Shown here: positions 46,932-56,541 of the stretch, one piece after another
Layout of the letters: every line of letters starts with the position of its first letter
Numbering within the stretch: position 1 is the stretch's first letter
Origin: Pseudomonadota bacterium
GTDB lineage: Bacteria; Pseudomonadota; Gammaproteobacteria; Burkholderiales; JACQAP01
Direction of reading: 5' to 3'
Length of the DNA stretch: 64,000 bases
NCBI GenBank assembly: GCA_038040175.1
Contig: JBBPIT010000006.1
Location: 19,991 to 83,990, forward strand
Notes under the pieces: model-generated
Told to the model about the DNA's origin: nothing
The model's input: the letters and a program-made list of their open reading frames with translations, nothing else
Databases searched by the model: none
Position numbers and translations under genes: made by a program

Positions 46932-48692
46932 TCAGCGTTTGGGCATGTAGAGATCGGTGATGCTGCCTTCGGCGATCTCGGCGGCGAAGAAAACGGTTTC
47001 GGACAGCGTCGGGTGCGGGTGGATGGTGAGCCCGATGTCTTCCGCATCGGCACCCATTTCCAACGCCAGCACCGTTTCCGCGACCAGCTCCCCGGCGTTC
47101 GGCCCGACCATGCCTGCGCCGAGCAGGCGCTTGGTGGTCTTATCGAAAATCAGCTTGGTCATTCCCTCGTCGCGCGCGGTGGCGCGCGCCCGGCCGCTCG
47201 CCGCCCAGGGGAATACCGCCTTTTCGATCTCGGTCCCCTGCGCCTTGGCCTGCGTTTCGGTGAGCCCCATCCAGGCGACTTCGGGGTCGGTGTAGGCGAC
47301 CGATGGAATGGTGCGGGCGTCGAATGCGCGTTTGTGTCCGGCGATGATTTCCGCCGCGAGTTTGCCTTCGTGACTGGCTTTGTGTGCCAGCATCGGCTCG
47401 CCGATGATGTCGCCGATCGCATAAATATGCGGCACATTGGTGCGCATGTATTTGTCCGCCGGGATGAAACCGCGGTCGGTGACATTCACCCCGGCAGCCT
47501 GCGCGTCGATCTCCTTGCCGTTGGGTCGGCGCCCGACCGCGAGCAGCACGCGGTCATAGACTTGCGGCTTGGGTGCGTTTTCGCCCTCGAAGGTCGCCTT
47601 GAGGCCGTCTTTCTGCGCTTCCAATTTGGTGACTTTGGTCTTGAGGTAAATGCCCTCGTAGCGTTTCTCGATGCGCTTGTGCAACGGCCTGATCAGGTCG
47701 CGGTCGGTGCCCGGAATCAGGCCATCGAGCAATTCCACCACCGTGACCTTCGCGCCGATGGCGTCGTAGACCGTGGCCATCTCCAGGCCGATGATGCCGC
47801 CGCCGATCACCAGCAGCCGCTTCGGCACGTCCTCGAGTTTGAGTGCGCCGGTCGAGTCCATCAGCCGCGGATCGTCGTACGGGAAACCGGGAATGCGCGC
47901 GACACTCGAACCGGCGGCGATGATCGCGTAGTCGAATGACACTTTTTTCACGCCGTCCGGTGTCTTCACTTCGATCATGTGGGAGGAGGTGAACTTGCCC
48001 ACACCCTGCACCACCTTGACCTTGCGTTGCTTGGCAAGTCCGGCGAGGCCGCGGATCGACTTGTCCACCACGCCGTCCTTCCAATCGCGCAGCTTGGCGA
48101 TCTCGATCCTGGGCTTGCCGAAAGCGATGCCGAAGTGGCTCATTTCCTCGGCTTCGGAGATGACGCGCGCCGCGTGCAGCAGTGCTTTCGACGGAATGCA
48201 GCCGACGTTCAGGCACACTCCGCCCAGCACCGGGTAACGCTCGACCAGCACCACCTGCTTGCCGAGATCGGCAGCGCGGAACGCGGCGGTATAGCCGCCG
48301 GGGCCGGAACCCAGAACCATCACTTCGGCGTGAATGTCGCCTTTCGTGATCGGTCCGGATGACGTGACCGCCGGCGCGGCGGGCGCCATTGGCGCGGCTG
48401 CGGCAGGTGCCGGCCTGGGTGCCTCGGCCTTCGCCGCCGGCACCTCGGCGGCTGCGCCTTCGAGGAGCAGCACCACGCTGCCTTCGGAAAGCTTGTCGCC
48501 GACCTTGACCTTGATTTCCCTGATCACGCCGGATTGCGGCGAAGGCACTTCCATCGTCGCCTTGTCGGATTCCAGGGTGATCAGCGCGTCTTCCTTGTTG
48601 ATCCTGTCGCCGGGTTTGACCAGCACTTCGATCACGGGAATGTTCTTGAAATCGCCGATGTCGGGGACCTTGATTTCGATCAGTTGGCTCAT
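46932..48692 (-). CDS. lpdA: dihydrolipoyl dehydrogenase with N-terminal lipoyl domain
   Basis: The lipoyl motif reads LESDKATMEVPSP. FAD binding reads GSGPGGYTAAFRAA, and the redox disulfide reads GGVCLNVGCIPSK. Confidence 0.92.
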   Translation of the reverse strand: MSQLIEIKVPDIGDFKNIPVIEVLVKPGDRINKEDALITLESDKATMEVPSPQSGVIREIKVKVGDKLSEGSVVLLLEGAAAEVPAAKAEAPRPAPAAAAPMAPAAPAVTSSGPITKGDIHAEVMVLGSGPGGYTAAFRAADLGKQVVLVERYPVLGGVCLNVGCIPSKALLHAARVISEAEEMSHFGIAFGKPRIEIAKLRDWKDGVVDKSIRGLAGLAKQRKVKVVQGVGKFTSSHMIEVKTPDGVKKVSFDYAIIAAGSSVARIPGFPYDDPRLMDSTGALKLEDVPKRLLVIGGGIIGLEMATVYDAIGAKVTVVELLDGLIPGTDRDLIRPLHKRIEKRYEGIYLKTKVTKLEAQKDGLKATFEGENAPKPQVYDRVLLAVGRRPNGKEIDAQAAGVNVTDRGFIPADKYMRTNVPHIYAIGDIIGEPMLAHKASHEGKLAAEIIAGHKRAFDARTIPSVAYTDPEVAWMGLTETQAKAQGTEIEKAVFPWAASGRARATARDEGMTKLIFDKTTKRLLGAGMVGPNAGELVAETVLALEMGADAEDIGLTIHPHPTLSETVFFAAEIAEGSITDLYMPKR

Positions 48693-48739
48693 GAGGATTA
48701 TTGGTGATCAACCGTCAAAGCAGAAGCAAGAACGTGAAT

Positions 48740-48929
48740 TCTCACCACGAAGACACGAAGACACGAAGAAACACGAAGAAGAGCGAAAAAATTATACGTG
48801 TGTAAAGCTCCAATTGGCGGATGTTTCAACAAACTCGAAGTTGGCGGGAGAGGATCACGAACAGTTACCGCGCTTCTATCCCCAATTAGTTTAAGGATTC
48901 CTGTTTTTCTTCGTGTCTTCGTGGTGAGA
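48740..48929. repeat. tandem-repeat-armed hairpin element D (unit CACGAAGA)
   Basis: TCTCACCACGAAGACACGAAGA at 48740-48761 is the perfect reverse complement of 48908-48929. Confidence 0.85.
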
Positions 48930-48969
48930 TTTGCTTTTCTATAGTTCGCAGCCTGACTGAGGCAAGGGA

Positions 48970-50226
48970 TCACTCACGAACGTGGCCGTCACCGAGGACG
49001 ATGAACTTGAGCGACGTCAGGCCTTCCAGGCCCACGGGGCCGCGGGCATGCAGCTTGTCGGTGGAAATGCCGATCTCCGCACCCAGGCCGAACTCGAAAC
49101 CATCGGCAAAGCGGGTGGACGCGTTGACGAGCACGGAGCTGGAATCCACTTCGCGCAGGAAGCGCCGTGCCCGGGTGATGTCTTCGGTGACGATGGCGTC
49201 GGTGTGCTGCGAACCGTACACGGTGATGTGCTCGATCGCCTGGTCGAGGCCATCCACCACGCGCACGGCGAGGATGGGGGCGAGGTACTCGGTGTACCAG
49301 TCTTCTTCGGTGGCGGGTTTCATCTGCGTCACCAGCGCGCGCGCCTGCTTGTCGCCGCGCAGTTCCACGCCTTTGTCAAAATAAATCTTCGCCAGCGCCG
49401 GCAGCACGGCTGCGGCGATGTTCTTGTGCACCAGCAACGTTTCCATGGCGTTGCAGGTGCCGTAGCGCTGCGTCTTGGCGTTGTCGGCGATGCGGATCGC
49501 CTTGTCGATGTCGGCGCGATCGTCGATGTACACGTGGCAGACGCCGTCGAGATGCTTGAGCACCGGTATGCGCGACTCGCTGGAGATGCGCTCGATCAGG
49601 CCCTTGCCGCCGCGCGGCACGATGATGTCGACGTAGTCTTTCATGGTGATCAGTTCACCGACCGCGGCACGGTCGGTGGTTTCGATCACCTGGACCGCGG
49701 TTTCCGGCAACCCGGACTTGCGCAAACCCTCGTGGACGCAGGCGCCGATCGCCTGGTTGGAATGGATCGCCTCGGAGCCGCCGCGCAGGATTGCGGCGTT
49801 GCCCGACTTCAGGCACAGCCCGGCGGCGTCCGCGGTGACGTTGGGGCGCGCCTCGTAGATGATGCCGATGACACCGAGCGGCACGCGCATTCTCCCCACC
49901 TGGATGCCGCTGGGCCGGTAGTTCAGTCCGGAGATTTCGCCGACCGGATCGGGCAACGCGGCGATCTGGCGCAATCCCTCGGCCATGGATGCAACGCTCT
50001 TCGGTGTCAGCGTCAGCCGATCCACCATCGCGGCCTCGAGTCCTTTGGCGCGCGCAGCCTCGACGTCCTTCCTGTTCGCATCCAGCAGGCGAGCGATGTC
50101 GCGCTCGACGGCCTGCGCCATGGTGAGCAATGCGTCGTTCTTTGCCCTGGTGTCTGCCTTCGCCATGTCGCGCGAGGCGGCCCGCGCGGCGCGTCCGACC
50201 GAGTGCATGTAGGACTGAATGTCCAC
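48970..50226 (-). CDS. proA: glutamate-5-semialdehyde dehydrogenase
   Basis: 418 aa with ProA-type aldehyde dehydrogenase sequence ([19 protein letters not shown]). Confidence 0.92.
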   Translation of the reverse strand: MDIQSYMHSVGRAARAASRDMAKADTRAKNDALLTMAQAVERDIARLLDANRKDVEAARAKGLEAAMVDRLTLTPKSVASMAEGLRQIAALPDPVGEISGLNYRPSGIQVGRMRVPLGVIGIIYEARPNVTADAAGLCLKSGNAAILRGGSEAIHSNQAIGACVHEGLRKSGLPETAVQVIETTDRAAVGELITMKDYVDIIVPRGGKGLIERISSESRIPVLKHLDGVCHVYIDDRADIDKAIRIADNAKTQRYGTCNAMETLLVHKNIAAAVLPALAKIYFDKGVELRGDKQARALVTQMKPATEEDWYTEYLAPILAVRVVDGLDQAIEHITVYGSQHTDAIVTEDITRARRFLREVDSSSVLVNASTRFADGFEFGLGAEIGISTDKLHARGPVGLEGLTSLKFIVLGDGHVRE

Positions 50227-50231
50227 GATTC

Positions 50232-51293
50232 CTAACCTCGAATTGTGCCGGGGATTTTACCCCTAATTCCCGGTGGCATGCCGTCCTGAGCCGGCGCCAT
50301 CAGGCTCAATCCGAGCTGTAGCAGCGCGTCCCATACGTCGCCGTCGGCGAGCCCCTTGATCATGCGGTCGACCTCCGCGGCCCGCCGCAGCGCGGCGATG
50401 AGCTGGGTCGAGGTCAGTCGCTGCAGCGCGCGCGGCATCAGCTCCTGGCGCGGCCCCCACACGCGCGCCTCGCGCAGCGCCTGCGCCAGCGGCTGTCCTG
50501 CATGCGTCGCCGCCTTTACCCTTGCCATGGCTCGCGATTCCTCGGCGATCGCCCACAGTACCAGCGGCGGCGCGGCGCCCTCGCCGCGCAGGCCGTCGAG
50601 CATGCGCACGAAGTGCGCGCGCTCGCCTTTGAGCAGGGTGGCACCGATGTCGAACACGTTGTAGCGCGCCACGTCCAGCACCGCGTTCTTCACTTCTTCG
50701 AAAGGCAGCATGCCGGCGGGAAACAGCAGGGCAAGCTTCTGCACTTCCTGGTACGCCGCCATGAGATTGCCCTCGACCCGGCTGACCAGGAACTCGAGCG
50801 TTTCGGCGTCGGCCCGCTGATCCTGTTGTGCGAGCCGGCCGGATAGCCATTGCGCCAGCTGCTCGCGCTTGACTGCGGCGGCATGCACGGCCACTCCGGC
50901 GCGCCCCAGCGCGTCGAACCATTTGGAAGCCAGTTGCTGGCGATCCAGCCCGGGTAGCGTGATCAGGACGATGGTGTCCTCGGGCAGGGAGCCGGCCAGC
51001 CGCTGCAAGGCTTCGGATCCGTCCTTGCCGGGCTTGCCGGAGGGGATGCGCAAGTCGAGCACGCGCCTGGGTGCGAACAGCGACAGGCTGTTGCCGACCA
51101 TCGCGACTTCTCCCCAGTCGAATCCGGATTCGACAAACAGTACACGGCGTTCGTCGTAGCCCTGCTTGAGCGCTGCGGCGCGGACGCGATCGGCAGCTTC
51201 GAGCGCGAGCAACAACTCCTCGCCGAATATGACATAAAGAGATTTCAGCCCGCGCGAGAGGCGCTGGGACAGTTGCTCCGAGTCGATCCGCAT
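50232..51293 (-). CDS. holA: DNA polymerase III subunit delta
   Basis: [14 protein letters not shown] is a typical HolA N-terminus, at ~350 aa. Confidence 0.85.
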   Translation of the reverse strand: MRIDSEQLSQRLSRGLKSLYVIFGEELLLALEAADRVRAAALKQGYDERRVLFVESGFDWGEVAMVGNSLSLFAPRRVLDLRIPSGKPGKDGSEALQRLAGSLPEDTIVLITLPGLDRQQLASKWFDALGRAGVAVHAAAVKREQLAQWLSGRLAQQDQRADAETLEFLVSRVEGNLMAAYQEVQKLALLFPAGMLPFEEVKNAVLDVARYNVFDIGATLLKGERAHFVRMLDGLRGEGAAPPLVLWAIAEESRAMARVKAATHAGQPLAQALREARVWGPRQELMPRALQRLTSTQLIAALRRAAEVDRMIKGLADGDVWDALLQLGLSLMAPAQDGMPPGIRGKIPGTIRG

Positions 51294-51300
51294 TTCTGTT

Positions 51301-53025
51301 CTAGCGGTTCATTCGGTTCAGGAGTTGCTCCAGCTTGTCGCGATCGTCGCTCTTCAGCATTTTCTGGGTGAGCACCATGACTTGCTGCAGGTCGGACTTC
51401 AATACCTGCTGCTTGACCGACAGCAAGTACGCCGGATGCATCGAGAACTGCCGCAATCCGAAACCCAGCAGCACCCTCGTCAGGCGCACGTCGCCGGCCA
51501 TCTCGCCGCACACTGCGACCGGCACGTCGGCGCGATTGGCGCTGCGGATAATGTGCGCCACCAGGTTCAGCACGGCCGGATGCAGCGGGTCGTAGAGGTG
51601 CGCGACCGTGTCGTCGGCACGGTCGATCGCAAGCGTGTACTGGATCAGGTCGTTGGTGCCGATCGACAGGAAATCGAGCTTGCGGGTGAAGGTGGAGAGC
51701 GACAGCGCCGCGGCGGGAATTTCGATCATGCCGCCGATCTTGATCTTCCGGTCGTAGGCGATGCCGTCGTCGTGAAGGCTCTTCTTGGCCTCGTCGATCA
51801 GGTGCAGAGTCTGGTTCAGCTCGTGCGCCGAGGACAGCATGGGAATCAGAATGCGCACCTTGCCGTAGTGCGAGGTGCGCAGGATGGCACGCAGCTGGTG
51901 ATGGAACATCTGCGGCTCGGCCAGGCACAGGCGGATCGCGCGCAGGCCCAACGCCGGATTGGGCGCGACGCGTTCGGTGTTGTCGATCTGCTTGTCCGCG
52001 CCGAGGTCGAAGGTACGGATGGTGACGGGCAGGCCGTCCATGTCCTGTACCACCTTGCGATAGGCTTCGAACTGTTCGTCCTCGGTCGGCAGGTCGCGGC
52101 GATTCAGATACAGAAACTCGGTGCGGAACAGACCGACGCCGTCGGCGCCGTTCTCCTTGGCGCCGGCAACGTCGTCCGGCAACTCGATGTTGGCGTGCAG
52201 TTCGATCGCGGTGCCGTCCCGCGTGGTGGTCTTGGTTTTTCTCAGCCTCCTGAGTTTCAGGCGTTCGAGCTCCCACTGTTCCTGGCGCAGCTTGTACTCG
52301 CCCAGCACCGTCTTGTCGGGATTGATGATGACCACGCCGTTGGTGCCGTCCACGATCAGCACTTCGTTCTCGCGGATCAGCGTGCGCGCGTGGTGCAGGG
52401 CCACCACGGAGGGGATGTTCAGGCTGCGGGCGATGATCGCGGTGTGCGACGTGACGCCGCCAAGGTCGGTGACGAAGCTGGCGAACCGGTGGCTCTTGAA
52501 CAGGATGACATCCGCCGGGGAGAGGTCGTGCGCGACCAGGATGCTGTTCTCCTCGGGTGTGCTGCGTGCCAGGACCTCGCCGGGCCGCCCCATCAGGACC
52601 TTCAGTACCCGCTCCACGACCTGGATGACATCGGTCTTGCGCTCGCGGATATAACCGTCCTCGATGCGCTCGAACTGTTCCATCAGCGCTTCCATCTGCA
52701 GCTTCAACGCCCATTCTGCGTTGCACTGCTGGGATTCGATGAGCTGTTTCGGCACCTCCGACAGGGTCGGATCGTCGAGGATCATCAGGTGCAGATTGAG
52801 AAAGGCTTCGAACTCCGCCGGCGCGCCGGCCGGAATGTGCTGGCCGAGACTGGCAAGTTCGGCGCGCGCTGTTATCAGTGCCGCGTCGAAGCGGGCCTGC
52901 TCTTCCGCGATCCGCGACTTGGAGATGTTGTAATGCGCGACCTCGAGCTGGGCGTGCGAAACCAATTGGGCATGGCCGATGGCGATGCCCCCCGATACCC
53001 CGATGCCGTGAACGGTGAAGCTCAT
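51301..53025 (-). CDS. ptsI: phosphoenolpyruvate-protein phosphotransferase (PTS enzyme I)
   Basis: GVTSHTAIIARSL is the phospho-His region. GGMIEIPAA and SIGTNDLIQY are PEP-utilising motifs. Confidence 0.92.
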   Translation of the reverse strand: MSFTVHGIGVSGGIAIGHAQLVSHAQLEVAHYNISKSRIAEEQARFDAALITARAELASLGQHIPAGAPAEFEAFLNLHLMILDDPTLSEVPKQLIESQQCNAEWALKLQMEALMEQFERIEDGYIRERKTDVIQVVERVLKVLMGRPGEVLARSTPEENSILVAHDLSPADVILFKSHRFASFVTDLGGVTSHTAIIARSLNIPSVVALHHARTLIRENEVLIVDGTNGVVIINPDKTVLGEYKLRQEQWELERLKLRRLRKTKTTTRDGTAIELHANIELPDDVAGAKENGADGVGLFRTEFLYLNRRDLPTEDEQFEAYRKVVQDMDGLPVTIRTFDLGADKQIDNTERVAPNPALGLRAIRLCLAEPQMFHHQLRAILRTSHYGKVRILIPMLSSAHELNQTLHLIDEAKKSLHDDGIAYDRKIKIGGMIEIPAAALSLSTFTRKLDFLSIGTNDLIQYTLAIDRADDTVAHLYDPLHPAVLNLVAHIIRSANRADVPVAVCGEMAGDVRLTRVLLGFGLRQFSMHPAYLLSVKQQVLKSDLQQVMVLTQKMLKSDDRDKLEQLLNRMNR

Positions 53026-53029
53026 GACT

Positions 53030-53118
53030 GTGAGGCGTGAGGAGTGAGGGATGAGGCGTGATGCAGCTCGACTCCGGTTTCGAACTGACCTCTCGCCTAT
53101 CGCCTCACGCCTTACGCG
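53030..53118. repeat. tandem-repeat-armed hairpin element E (unit GTGAGGC), short centre
   Basis: The left arm is GTGAGGCGTGAGGAGTGAGGGATGAGGCGTGATG. The right arm is CCTCTCGCCTATCGCCTCACGCCTTACGCG. The element fills the ptsH-ptsI intergenic gap. Confidence 0.8.
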
Positions 53119-53119
53119 T

Positions 53120-53389
53120 TCATTCCCCTTCCCCGAACCTGTCGCTGATTAGCCCGACCAACGCCGCCATTGCTTCGGCTTCATCCGGACCGTTGGTCTC
53201 GACCACGACGGTCGCGCCTTTGGCGGCGGCGAGCATCATCACGCCCATGATGCTCTTGGCATTGACCCGGCGGTCGTCGCGCGTCACCCATACGTCGGCG
53301 GCGAATTTGCCGGCGAGCTGAGTGAGCTTGGCGGCCGCGCGCGCGTGCAGCCCCAGCTTGTTGGCGATCTCAATTTCCCGTTGCTGCAT
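53120..53389 (-). CDS. ptsH: HPr-family phosphocarrier protein
   Basis: 89 aa. LGLHARAAAKL holds the active-site His. Confidence 0.9.
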   Translation of the reverse strand: MQQREIEIANKLGLHARAAAKLTQLAGKFAADVWVTRDDRRVNAKSIMGVMMLAAAKGATVVVETNGPDEAEAMAALVGLISDRFGEGE

Positions 53390-53786
53390 TTTTCATCTGT
53401 GCCGCGGGAATTTGCATGACGCCTTCGATGCCCCCGGAGATCGCTTTCGCGACCACGGTCCTCAGGGGCTCGTTGCGATAAGTCAGTGCGCGCACCAGCA
53501 TCGGCAGATTCACCCCCGCGACACCTTCGATCTTGCCGGGGATCAGCAACTTGCTGGCGATGTTGCAGGGCGTGGCGCCGTAAACGTCGGAAAGCACCAG
53601 CACGCCGCTGCCCTGGTCGAGGCTGCGCGCCAGTTTGATCGCCTGCGGCAGCACCAGCTGCGGATCGTCGAGCATGCTTACGCCGATCTGCATCAGGTGC
53701 GGCGGCCGGCTGCCCATCACGTGGCTGGCGCAGTGAATCAGGCTTTCACCCAGCATGCCGTGGGCAACGATCAGTATTCCAACCAT
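53370..53786 (-). CDS. PTS EIIA component, mannose/fructose family
   Basis: MVGILIVAHGMLGESL is the EIIA-Man phospho-His region. 138 aa. Confidence 0.85.
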   Translation of the reverse strand: MVGILIVAHGMLGESLIHCASHVMGSRPPHLMQIGVSMLDDPQLVLPQAIKLARSLDQGSGVLVLSDVYGATPCNIASKLLIPGKIEGVAGVNLPMLVRALTYRNEPLRTVVAKAISGGIEGVMQIPAAQMKNAATGN

Positions 53787-53850
53787 AAGTCCCTTTGATC
53801 TGCTGCGAAGAATACCGTAGAGATTCTACCTCCGGGAGCGCCCGAACTGC

Positions 53851-54025
53851 GTGAGGCGATAGGCGATAGGCGTTAGGCGAGAGGCGTTAGGCGAGGGGCC
53901 AAGAATCGGTGATTAGGTGATTCAGTAATTAGGTGATTGAAACCAGTCACTCAATCACTCAATCACTCAATCACTTAATCACCCTTCACCCTTCACCTTT
54001 CACCCTTCACCCTTCACCCTTCACC
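53851..54025. repeat. composite tandem-repeat element F (three different repeat units, nested)
   Basis: (GGCGNNA)x6 lies at 53851-53898. The inner inverted pair is (GGTGATTA)x4 at 53908-53939 against (TCACTCAA)x4 at 53947-53982. (CCCTTCA)x6 at 53982-54025 contains the gshB stop codon. Confidence 0.85.
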
Positions 54026-54957
54026 GCCTTTTCCAGCGCATCGATCATCAGCGCAGCGACATTGAAGCCGGTCTGGTCGGCGATTTCACGCATGCAGGTC
54101 GGGCTGGTGACGTTGACTTCGGTCAGGTAATCGCCGATCACGTCCAGGCCGACCAGCATCAGTCCCTGCGCCTTGAGTTCAGGGCCGACGGCCTCTGCGA
54201 TCTCCCGGTCGCGGGCAGTCAACGGCTGCGCCACGCCGGTGGCGCCGGCGGCGAGATTGCCGCGGGTTTCCCCCTGTTTCGGAATGCGCGCAAGCGAGTA
54301 TGGCACCGGCTTGCCGTCGATGACCAGGACGCGTTTGTCGCCCTTGACGATCTCGGCGATGAAGCGCTGCGCCATCACCGTGCGCCGGCCGTAATGGGTA
54401 AGGGTTTCGATCACCACCCCGATGTTGGGATCCTGACGGTGCAGGCGGAACACCGCGGTGCCGCCCATGCCGTCCAGCGGTTTGAGGATGATATCGCCGT
54501 GCTCGGCGAGAAAGTCGCGGATCAACTGCTCGACGCGCGTGACCAGCGTCGGCACCGTGAACTGCGCAAACTTGGCGATCGCCAGTTTTTCGTTATGGTC
54601 GCGCACGGCGCGCGGGCGGTTGACGACGCGCGCGCCCTGCTTTTCCGCCAGCTCCAGCAGGTAAGTGCTGTAGATGTATTCCATGTCGAATGGCGGGTCC
54701 TTGCGCATCAATACCGCATCGAAAGTCTCCAGCGGCACCGGCTTTCTGTCGCCGACGCGGTACCAGTGCTGGTCGTCGGAAGTGAGCGACAGGTCGCGCG
54801 CGTAGCCAAGTACGCGGCCGTCGCGCCAGATCAGGTCCTCCTGCTGCAGCACTGCGAGCGCATGGCCGCGGGCCGCCGCCTCGCGCATCATCGCGTAGGA
54901 AGAGTCCTTGTAGGTCTTGATGGTATCGAGCGGGTCGAGAACGAAGGCGATTTTCAT
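54007..54957 (-). CDS. gshB: glutathione synthase
   Basis: MKIAFVLDPLDTIKTYKDSSYAMMREA is a typical GshB N-terminus, followed by an ATP-grasp domain. The track ORF extends upstream to 55284. Confidence 0.9.
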   Translation of the reverse strand: MKIAFVLDPLDTIKTYKDSSYAMMREAAARGHALAVLQQEDLIWRDGRVLGYARDLSLTSDDQHWYRVGDRKPVPLETFDAVLMRKDPPFDMEYIYSTYLLELAEKQGARVVNRPRAVRDHNEKLAIAKFAQFTVPTLVTRVEQLIRDFLAEHGDIILKPLDGMGGTAVFRLHRQDPNIGVVIETLTHYGRRTVMAQRFIAEIVKGDKRVLVIDGKPVPYSLARIPKQGETRGNLAAGATGVAQPLTARDREIAEAVGPELKAQGLMLVGLDVIGDYLTEVNVTSPTCMREIADQTGFNVAALMIDALEKAVKGEG

Positions 54958-55015
54958 GTTGTTATCGCGGGAGCGCGCCGACTGCGCCGCACGCGCAAGC
55001 GTGCTGGAACCACGT

Positions 55016-56335
55016 TCAAGTATTGGCGGCCCTGGCTTGCGGAAACGGCTGCTGTTCGAGCGCGGCTTCCATGCGCTCCAGCTCCATCGCGGCGGCGAGC
55101 AAGGCCAGCCGTGCCACGACGCCGTAGGCGTAAAAGCGGTTGGGCGCACAGTCGGGATTGCCGTCGAGGTCCGGCAGCAAGCAACTGTCCTCGAAAGCGA
55201 GCGGCTCGAAACGCATGCCCGGTGCGTTGAGGTTCTGGTCGACGCCACGCTGGGTGTGCACGCGATAAAAACCGCCGACCACAAAGTGATCGATCATGTA
55301 AATGACCGGTTCGGCGACCCCGTCGTTCACGGTCTCGAAGGTGTAGACGCCTTCCTGCACCATCACGTTGGAAACCTGCAGGCCTTCCTTCACCACCGCC
55401 ATCTTGTTGCGCTGCTTGCGATTCAGCCCCTGCACTTCGGAGGCGTCCTTGACGGTCATGATCCCCATCCCATAGGTGCCGGCGTCGGCCTTGACGATCA
55501 CGAAGGGCTCGTACTGGATGCCGTACTCGCGGTATTTCACGCGCGTCTGGGTCAGGATGTGGTCCACCCAGCCCGCGAGGCATTCCTCGCCGACGCGCTC
55601 CTGGAAGTTGATCTCGCCGCAGGTGGCAAAGTAGGGATTGATCAGCCAGGGGTCGATGCCCAGCAGACCGGCGAACTCTTCGGCGACTTCCTTGTACGCG
55701 GCGAAATGGTTCGACTTCAGCCGTGTCGACCAGCCTGCGTAGAGCGGCGGCATCACCGGCTGCTCGAGGTTCTTGAGGATGTCCGGGACGCCGGCCGACA
55801 AATCGTTGTTGAGCAGAATGGTGCAGGGGTCGAAATCGGCCAGCCCCAGGCGGTTGCCGCGGCGAACCAGCGGCTCCAGCACAAGCTTCTTGCCGTCGGG
55901 CAGGTCCAGCGCGGTCGACGCGGTGATCTCCGGCAACAGTGAGCCGATCCGCACCTTCATTCCGGCGAGCTGCAGGATGTTCTGCAGTGTTGCCACGTTC
56001 TTCAGGTAATAGATGTTGCGGGTATGGTTCTCGGGGATCACCAGAAAGCCGCTTGCGTCCGGGCACACCTTCTCGATCGCGGTCATCACGGCCTGTACGC
56101 ACAGCGGCAGGAATTCCTTGTTCAGATTGTTGAATCCCCCGGGGAAAAGGTTGGTGTCCACCGGCGCCAGCTTGAAGCCGCTGTTGCGCAGATCCACCGA
56201 TGCGTAAAACGGTGCCGCATGTTCCTGCCATTGGCCGCGGAACCAATGCTCGATCCTGGGCATGCTGTCGAGAATCTGCTTCTCGAGCGAAAGAACGGGG
56301 CCGGTCTGGGCAGTAGCAAGGCGGGGAACGGTCAT
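55016..56335 (-). CDS. gshA: glutamate-cysteine ligase (proteobacterial ~440-aa type)
   Basis: The start is placed at MTVPRLATAQ (56335). FYASVDLRNSGFKLAPVDTNLFPGGFNNL is characteristic. The track ORF extends to 57163 across amtB antisense. Confidence 0.85.
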   Translation of the reverse strand: MTVPRLATAQTGPVLSLEKQILDSMPRIEHWFRGQWQEHAAPFYASVDLRNSGFKLAPVDTNLFPGGFNNLNKEFLPLCVQAVMTAIEKVCPDASGFLVIPENHTRNIYYLKNVATLQNILQLAGMKVRIGSLLPEITASTALDLPDGKKLVLEPLVRRGNRLGLADFDPCTILLNNDLSAGVPDILKNLEQPVMPPLYAGWSTRLKSNHFAAYKEVAEEFAGLLGIDPWLINPYFATCGEINFQERVGEECLAGWVDHILTQTRVKYREYGIQYEPFVIVKADAGTYGMGIMTVKDASEVQGLNRKQRNKMAVVKEGLQVSNVMVQEGVYTFETVNDGVAEPVIYMIDHFVVGGFYRVHTQRGVDQNLNAPGMRFEPLAFEDSCLLPDLDGNPDCAPNRFYAYGVVARLALLAAAMELERMEAALEQQPFPQARAANT

Positions 56336-56482
56336 GTACGTCAACAAGTTGGGTTCGGCCGGATTGTAGCAGACGCGCTCTGCCGGCGAGCCGTTCAGTT
56401 TGCTGCCCGGCGCCCCTGTCCGCAACCTGACGCCCAATCGACGGCGCGAGCCATACGGCCGCCATTGGGCGCCTCGCACGGC

Positions 56483-56509
56483 AAAAAAAACGGGCGCCCG
56501 AAGGCGCCC
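56483..56509 (-). terminator. rho-independent terminator of amtB
   Basis: The minus strand reads GGGCGCC-ttcg-GGCGCCC followed by GTTTTTTTT, 33 nt after the amtB stop. Confidence 0.8.
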
Positions 56510-56541
56510 GATGAATTGGTAAGCGAACTTACCGGAGGAGA

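Noticed and set aside
53851-54025. Possible CRISPR array because of dense short repeats.
   Set aside because: The units are 7-8 nt and directly tandem, with no spacers. There are no cas genes. The arrangement is an inverted microsatellite hairpin, not repeat-spacer.
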